Shown here: piece after piece, positions 59,275 to 64,000 of the stretch
Numbering within the stretch: position 1 is the stretch's first letter
Layout: each line of letters opens with the position of its first letter
From: Fistulifera solaris
Lineage: Eukaryota
NCBI GenBank assembly: GCA_030295235.1
Contig: AP026127.1
Span: 1,302,001-1,366,000, forward strand
Direction of reading: 5' to 3'
Length of the DNA stretch: 64,000 nt
Made by a program: the position numbers and the translations under genes
Notes under the pieces: model-generated
What the model saw: the letters and a program-made list of their open reading frames with translations, nothing else
What the model was told of the DNA's origin: nothing
The model's database searches: none

Positions 59275-61605
59275 TATATCCTGGAGGAATTTTTAGTGTA
59301 CTCAGGAGTCCAGTTACGAAATAACTGGTCTCCCTCATTTTGCCCGTAGCACTCGGTAGGATTTGTACGTGTGCATCATTTTTCCTCCGGACGCGGACGA
59401 CAAAACGACTTTTTTGTTGTTGACGAGTAAAAAAGCAAACCAAAGCCATTTTTATAATTATAAAAGCTCAGTCTGCAACAACAAAGTCAAGGCAGAGTCA
59501 GTGTTGCCCTCGGAACGGGCCAAGCTGTTGCCAGCGCGTGTTTTTTGACGCAAGAAACTCTTCCTATCGACCGCCGGGCCGCAGCGGTCAAATCAAGGGA
59601 CTTCTCACCCCCAATAATAACCTCTCTCAGAGTCTCGCCGACGCATAAATCCGGAAACCATTGAAAGGAAGAGCTCTTCATGAAATCGTATAGGATCGTT
59701 GGTACTCCGAAGCCAACCTGGGAGGCTCGCTATCTCATGTCGAAAAAGGGTATTTGTCGCGAAACAATTGACTCGAGGCGGCTGAAAAAGAGCCCAAATT
59801 CATGCCGTATCTCGCGGTAGAGTCTTCGTTCGGATGGCAAGGTCGCAAGATTATTCTGAAGCGGAATACACTCACAACAAAGTGCTCAAATGGTGCATTT
59901 TCACCTCGTGAAATTCCCGACAGCGATGAGGGTATCGCTCTATCACTCGAATAATTCGGCTCTTGATCGACATTTAGGTTGTGTCGCTACCTCCATACTT
60001 TGAACTCCCCGACAATTGACACAATGGTACTGATCTAGTAAACGTGAGAATGCTTGCTGCAATTCGTCATTATTGTCTTTGCCGTCGACGTCTATAGATG
60101 ATGCGGCAAATTTCAACATTAAATAATAACACGACGATGACTTAACTGACCACCATTGAGCATTGTGGGAACTAATCATAAAGAATGAGTTAGCGTGATT
60201 TGCGTCAAGTTGCGTGATCTGTGACTGCAGTATATTATTTCCTCCGTAGTCCTACACTCAAACATGAGTTCGCGGCGATGAGCAAACATTGCTGCTGGCG
60301 CAATATTTAGAGGTTTCTGCACGCCCTACTTGACGAAAACAAATCCTTTTTAGGGTCTGAATGAGAATTATGCGGTCCAATAAGAGTATATCTAGCCGTC
60401 TAGTGTCTAGTAGATGGTTGAAAGCGTAACGCCATCATCAAATAATTATGATACTCAATTGAACGGGAGATCTCTCAAACAAAGTGAATCTCAATCTTCT
60501 AGAGAATTAAATAATATTAAAAAATAATGAAAGAGTTATTTAGCAGCGATCACAAGTATTAATTGAGTTGAATTTGAATCTACGCACGACGCATTGCAAA
60601 AACTCGATGAGCCAACAATATTCTCAAAAATGCAGTTCTGCCGCGTATCAGACAAGATCGCTTAATGTGCGAAGAGCTCTCGAAGAGGATGTGCGGTGAG
60701 GACGTGTAAATCCCACGTTACCTGCGGTATAAGTTTAATCCGGCCGTTTCGTGGAATTCAGATCGAAAGCGGAAAGAGAGGCGTGCTAAACAAACCAGAA
60801 AAGAGCACCAATGCAGTATCACCAATCAAAGCGGTTGATGTTTTGCAAGGCAACGGAAGTAGATGATACAAAAGACGCAACAAGGGAAGGCAACTCAAGC
60901 TCAGGCTACTTCCAAATGGAGCAACAATCAACACAAATGCCACCCAACCGACCTTGCCGTATTCTCGGACTTAGCATTTATCCGCTCCAAAACATCAATC
61001 CTGTACTCTTCGGCAATTTCATTCATTCATTTTCGATAAGAATATGTTCATTCTCGCTAAAAATCTTCCTATCATTCGGTCGTAGAGTAGAACGGCCTCG
61101 ATAAGAATTTGGTCGTCGGTCAAATTTGCCCAATATTGCCAAATGCTGCTGTTTTCCCGTTAGTTCTAGTCATTTCATCCCGCTTCCGCGCTTAAATATA
61201 AAAATAGCTTTCTTGTGCGGCAGATTCGTCTGCCTCGGATTGTGCAGCCTCTCATTTTCCTCTCTTTTTGCATGTACTCGGTCTTCCGATGCTGTTCGCC
61301 CTTGTCACAATAAACAACCCAAGAGCGCTTGTTCGGCTAATCAGTGCTCCTCGAGCAGCAGATACCAACACGGTAGTTTTATAGATTTACAAAATGCAAT
61401 TTTTGATCTCCTTTGCAACCGAGACGATCATTGTTTGCTCGTCAACGACATCATTGTCGTTTTATTGTCGTCCCCGTCGGGAGGAGAAATGGCTGGACAC
61501 GTACAAATCCTACCAAGTGCTACGGCGAAAAATTAACTGTTCCAGAGAGACCAGTTACGGCCAAAAAGGGGTAATGAGCCCACAGAAAAATTCTTCCAGG
61601 ATATA
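59275..61605. mobile_element. Non-autonomous or decayed DNA transposon with long imperfect terminal inverted repeats
   Basis: 59275-~59468 is the diverged reverse complement of ~61376-61605 (shared CACGTACAAATCCTACC.AGTGCTACGG, GAGACCAGTTA, AAAAATTC.TCCAGGATATA); no recognisable transposase ORF inside. Confidence 0.7.
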
Positions 61606-61650
61606 GAATCATTGTTTCGACTATACGTATGCTTTTGCTTCATTTAAAAT

Positions 61651-63067
61651 ATGACTTACTTTATCAAGCGTCTTCAAGACGGCGATGATTATCGTCTGAT
61701 TGGGTTGCAAAGCGTCGAGTCTCTCGATGACTTTGTACGCATAGCAAACAAAGTTACGCGACTTTGGATTGACGATCGTGACGTGTGCCTGTCGATTCAT
61801 TACAAACGTCCTCGTGACTATCTTTACTATTTTTTTAAAATGGATGCAGATAATGATTCAAGCTTGACGATTGCATTTTATGGGAAAGACGCGGCGTCGC
61901 TGGCATCAACGATCACAACTGTCTTTTTGCTTCCGGATACCCACCAAAGCCGGTGTCATTCGATTCATACCAGAACGAGCTATCAAGGGCAAACCAAATC
62001 CAGACTTGATCTTGTCGCCAACTCAGCTAGAGAGTATGTTTTCTGCTCATAAATCACGCTTGTACAAGATTAGTCATTACAATCTCTCCCTTGAGCAATC
62101 CGTTGTGCTAGCGGCAAAGACGGACCTGGCAGGGATAGAGAGGTGCACCATCAGTGACAACGGCCATGCAGTGGTAAACTATCTTGAATTTCACAATGGA
62201 ATGCGCACTTTAGGGACGCTTGGAGAACACTTTCATGGCAAAGTGCGGGAGACCATTGTCGCGTTTTTGGAACGCTCAACTTACCCCGTTTTCGAAGAAC
62301 TTTGCTTCGATTGCTTCTATATCAGTGACCGTGCTATGCTTCAGCGCCCTGCTACGTACCAGTCAAATGTATGTTCGTTCTCGGTGAAAGTTGGTCCAGA
62401 TGAGGTGATCCCAGATGAGCTTTTGGAAGCTCTTCGACATGGCTTATTCGCGCCTTCAAAGCTGAAAATGCTCTTCTCGTGCCCTCCCAATCAACAAGCG
62501 ACTGCAGTAGAGAATCTGTGCGATGCTGTTGGCTCTACCGATTGTCAATTGCATGAGCTTTCTGTACACTTGAAAGGAGGGCCACTATCGTCCACCGGAC
62601 TTGAGGGACACTTCATTGACATGCTGCGTGGCAATGCAAGTTTACAAACATTGAGCATCCTTGACGAGAACGGCGACGTTTTGCCATTCCCAGCAACGAA
62701 GCTTTTGAACGTCGCTACACAGCATCCACGCCTTCGAAAGCTGGCTTTCGTTCCGCCTTGCGTAGATCCACCCACAATTGGTCAGGCCGGCCAATTCCAC
62801 CTGTGGTATCGGGCCAATCTGTCCCACAAAATTGTTTTCAAAGACGTAGCGTTACCTGGATCAGATTTGTCGGAGAATACAAATGCGGTGACGTATGCAG
62901 CAAAATGGCAGGACTCCGCTTTCTTTTGTCGATTTGGGCTTTTGCAACAAGTTAGCAATGAATGGATCCGCTCCCATTTGCTTGTCGCGGCTTTGGCCAA
63001 CCATTTAAGCTCTCCCAAACGCATTCACTTTCTCTTGTCGGAGAACCAAGACTTATTTGCAAAGTAG
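61651..63067 (+). CDS. Same family as 54.5 and 56.6 kb genes, copy 3
   Basis: MTYFIKRLQDGDDYRLIGLQ start; one frameshift ~61940; ends FCRFGLLQQVSNEWIRSHLLVAALANHLSSPKRIHFLLSENQDLFAK. Confidence 0.75.
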
Positions 63068-63547
63068 ATGCTGGCTTAATATGGTTCGACGGTATTTCAT
63101 ATTTCAAAATTTTGTGGCTGCTCACAGCTTCAGTTTCATACAGAGCAAACATAACTAGGAGTAACAACTATAGTTTTACTTAGATTATATGGCTAGGTCT
63201 GACGTTAGTAATTGACCTTTTCCCCCAGTTTCCATTCGCCTCCCTCTCACTACTGGAGCATCGTGTCCATGATATTATCACTAATTGTCCCACAAACAAG
63301 CGTATATTGCGTCACTCAACCCCGTTGCGTCGCTCGGGGACCCAAATTGTTAGTTTTCTCTGACTTTTAGTCACGTTGACACCCGTATAACAGCTTTTAG
63401 ATTCCCATTCAATGTAAATCAGCAAGAATAGTCAGGCAATCTTTTGCACCGAGCATCAAGCTCATCCCGGAATAGTTTTCGTTGTTTCGAAGCATCAGCT
63501 GATGAATCTTTGATGCTATATTGGCGTTACGATAAATTGACAACTTT

Positions 63548-64000
63548 CTAGACGAAGAAAATCGGAGCCAGCAGCCAACCTCCCAGAAGCGTGATTAAAG
63601 CTGTACTCACCAGGTTCACTTGTTCATTCGTCAGTAGATTCGTGCCACAAATAGGTTGAATGGCATGACCTCCGCGACTCGCATGAACGACTTTCTTCAT
63701 CTGTGTTTCATAACAAGTAATTTGAGCAACCGCTCCTAAGAAAGAATCGAGTAACGATCCGAGAAGTCCACATATGGAGGCAAAGGATACTGTAGCAATA
63801 GAATGCACCGGTAGCGTTCCTCCCACCCAGTCGGTGATAACGTACAACACGCCGATCAGGAATCCTCCCACGAGACTCCAAAGCAGCCCGGTAACAGTGA
63901 TTCCGCCATTGGTTCCTGGTGGAACTCGCTTCCATGGTCGAGTAATCAGAAATGGTGATTTCTTTGCCAATATCCCCATTTCGCTGGCTAATGTATCCGC
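63548..64000 (-). CDS. TMEM19: DUF92/TMEM19-family membrane protein (3' part; runs off window)
   Basis: ADTLASEMG, PFLITRPWKRVPPGTNGGIT..G, GLLGSLLDSFLGA..Q, LLTNEQVNLVS. Confidence 0.88.
   Translation of the reverse strand, partial: ADTLASEMGILAKKSPFLITRPWKRVPPGTNGGITVTGLLWSLVGGFLIGVLYVITDWVGGTLPVHSIATVSFASICGLLGSLLDSFLGAVAQITCYETQMKKVVHASRGGHAIQPICGTNLLTNEQVNLVSTALITLLGGWLLAPIFFV

Noticed and set aside
59500..61370. Transposase or captured gene inside the TIR element
   Set aside because: Only short ORFs, with no DDE, zinc-finger or other recognisable motif.

Overview
Gene-dense eukaryotic nuclear DNA with short GT-AG introns. The gene content (helicase-associated-domain repeat proteins, TLC/NTT transporters, a KRE6/TGS-type GH16, bipartite plastid presequences, RXL-motif secreted proteins) points to a diatom, probably pennate; this is inference, not a database match. 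About 30 genes or gene relics are supported. Many are broken by single-base losses in homopolymer runs, which look like sequencing or assembly errors rather than real pseudogenisation. The main points of interest: (1) a precursor-like protein with five RXL-flanked His/Asp/Gly-rich repeats (44.7-45.3 kb); (2) four clustered secreted paralogues sharing an unrecognised 12-Cys domain, RXL motifs and acidic or Lys-rich tails (11.9-20.6 kb); (3) a tRNA-derived SINE with a perfect 10-bp target-site duplication, plus a second SINE-like element; (4) a dispersed ~52-bp double-palindrome satellite at four loci; (5) a 54-63 kb accessory block with three patchwork paralogues, a Helitron-like 3' hairpin, a nested fold-back and a 2.3-kb long-TIR element.
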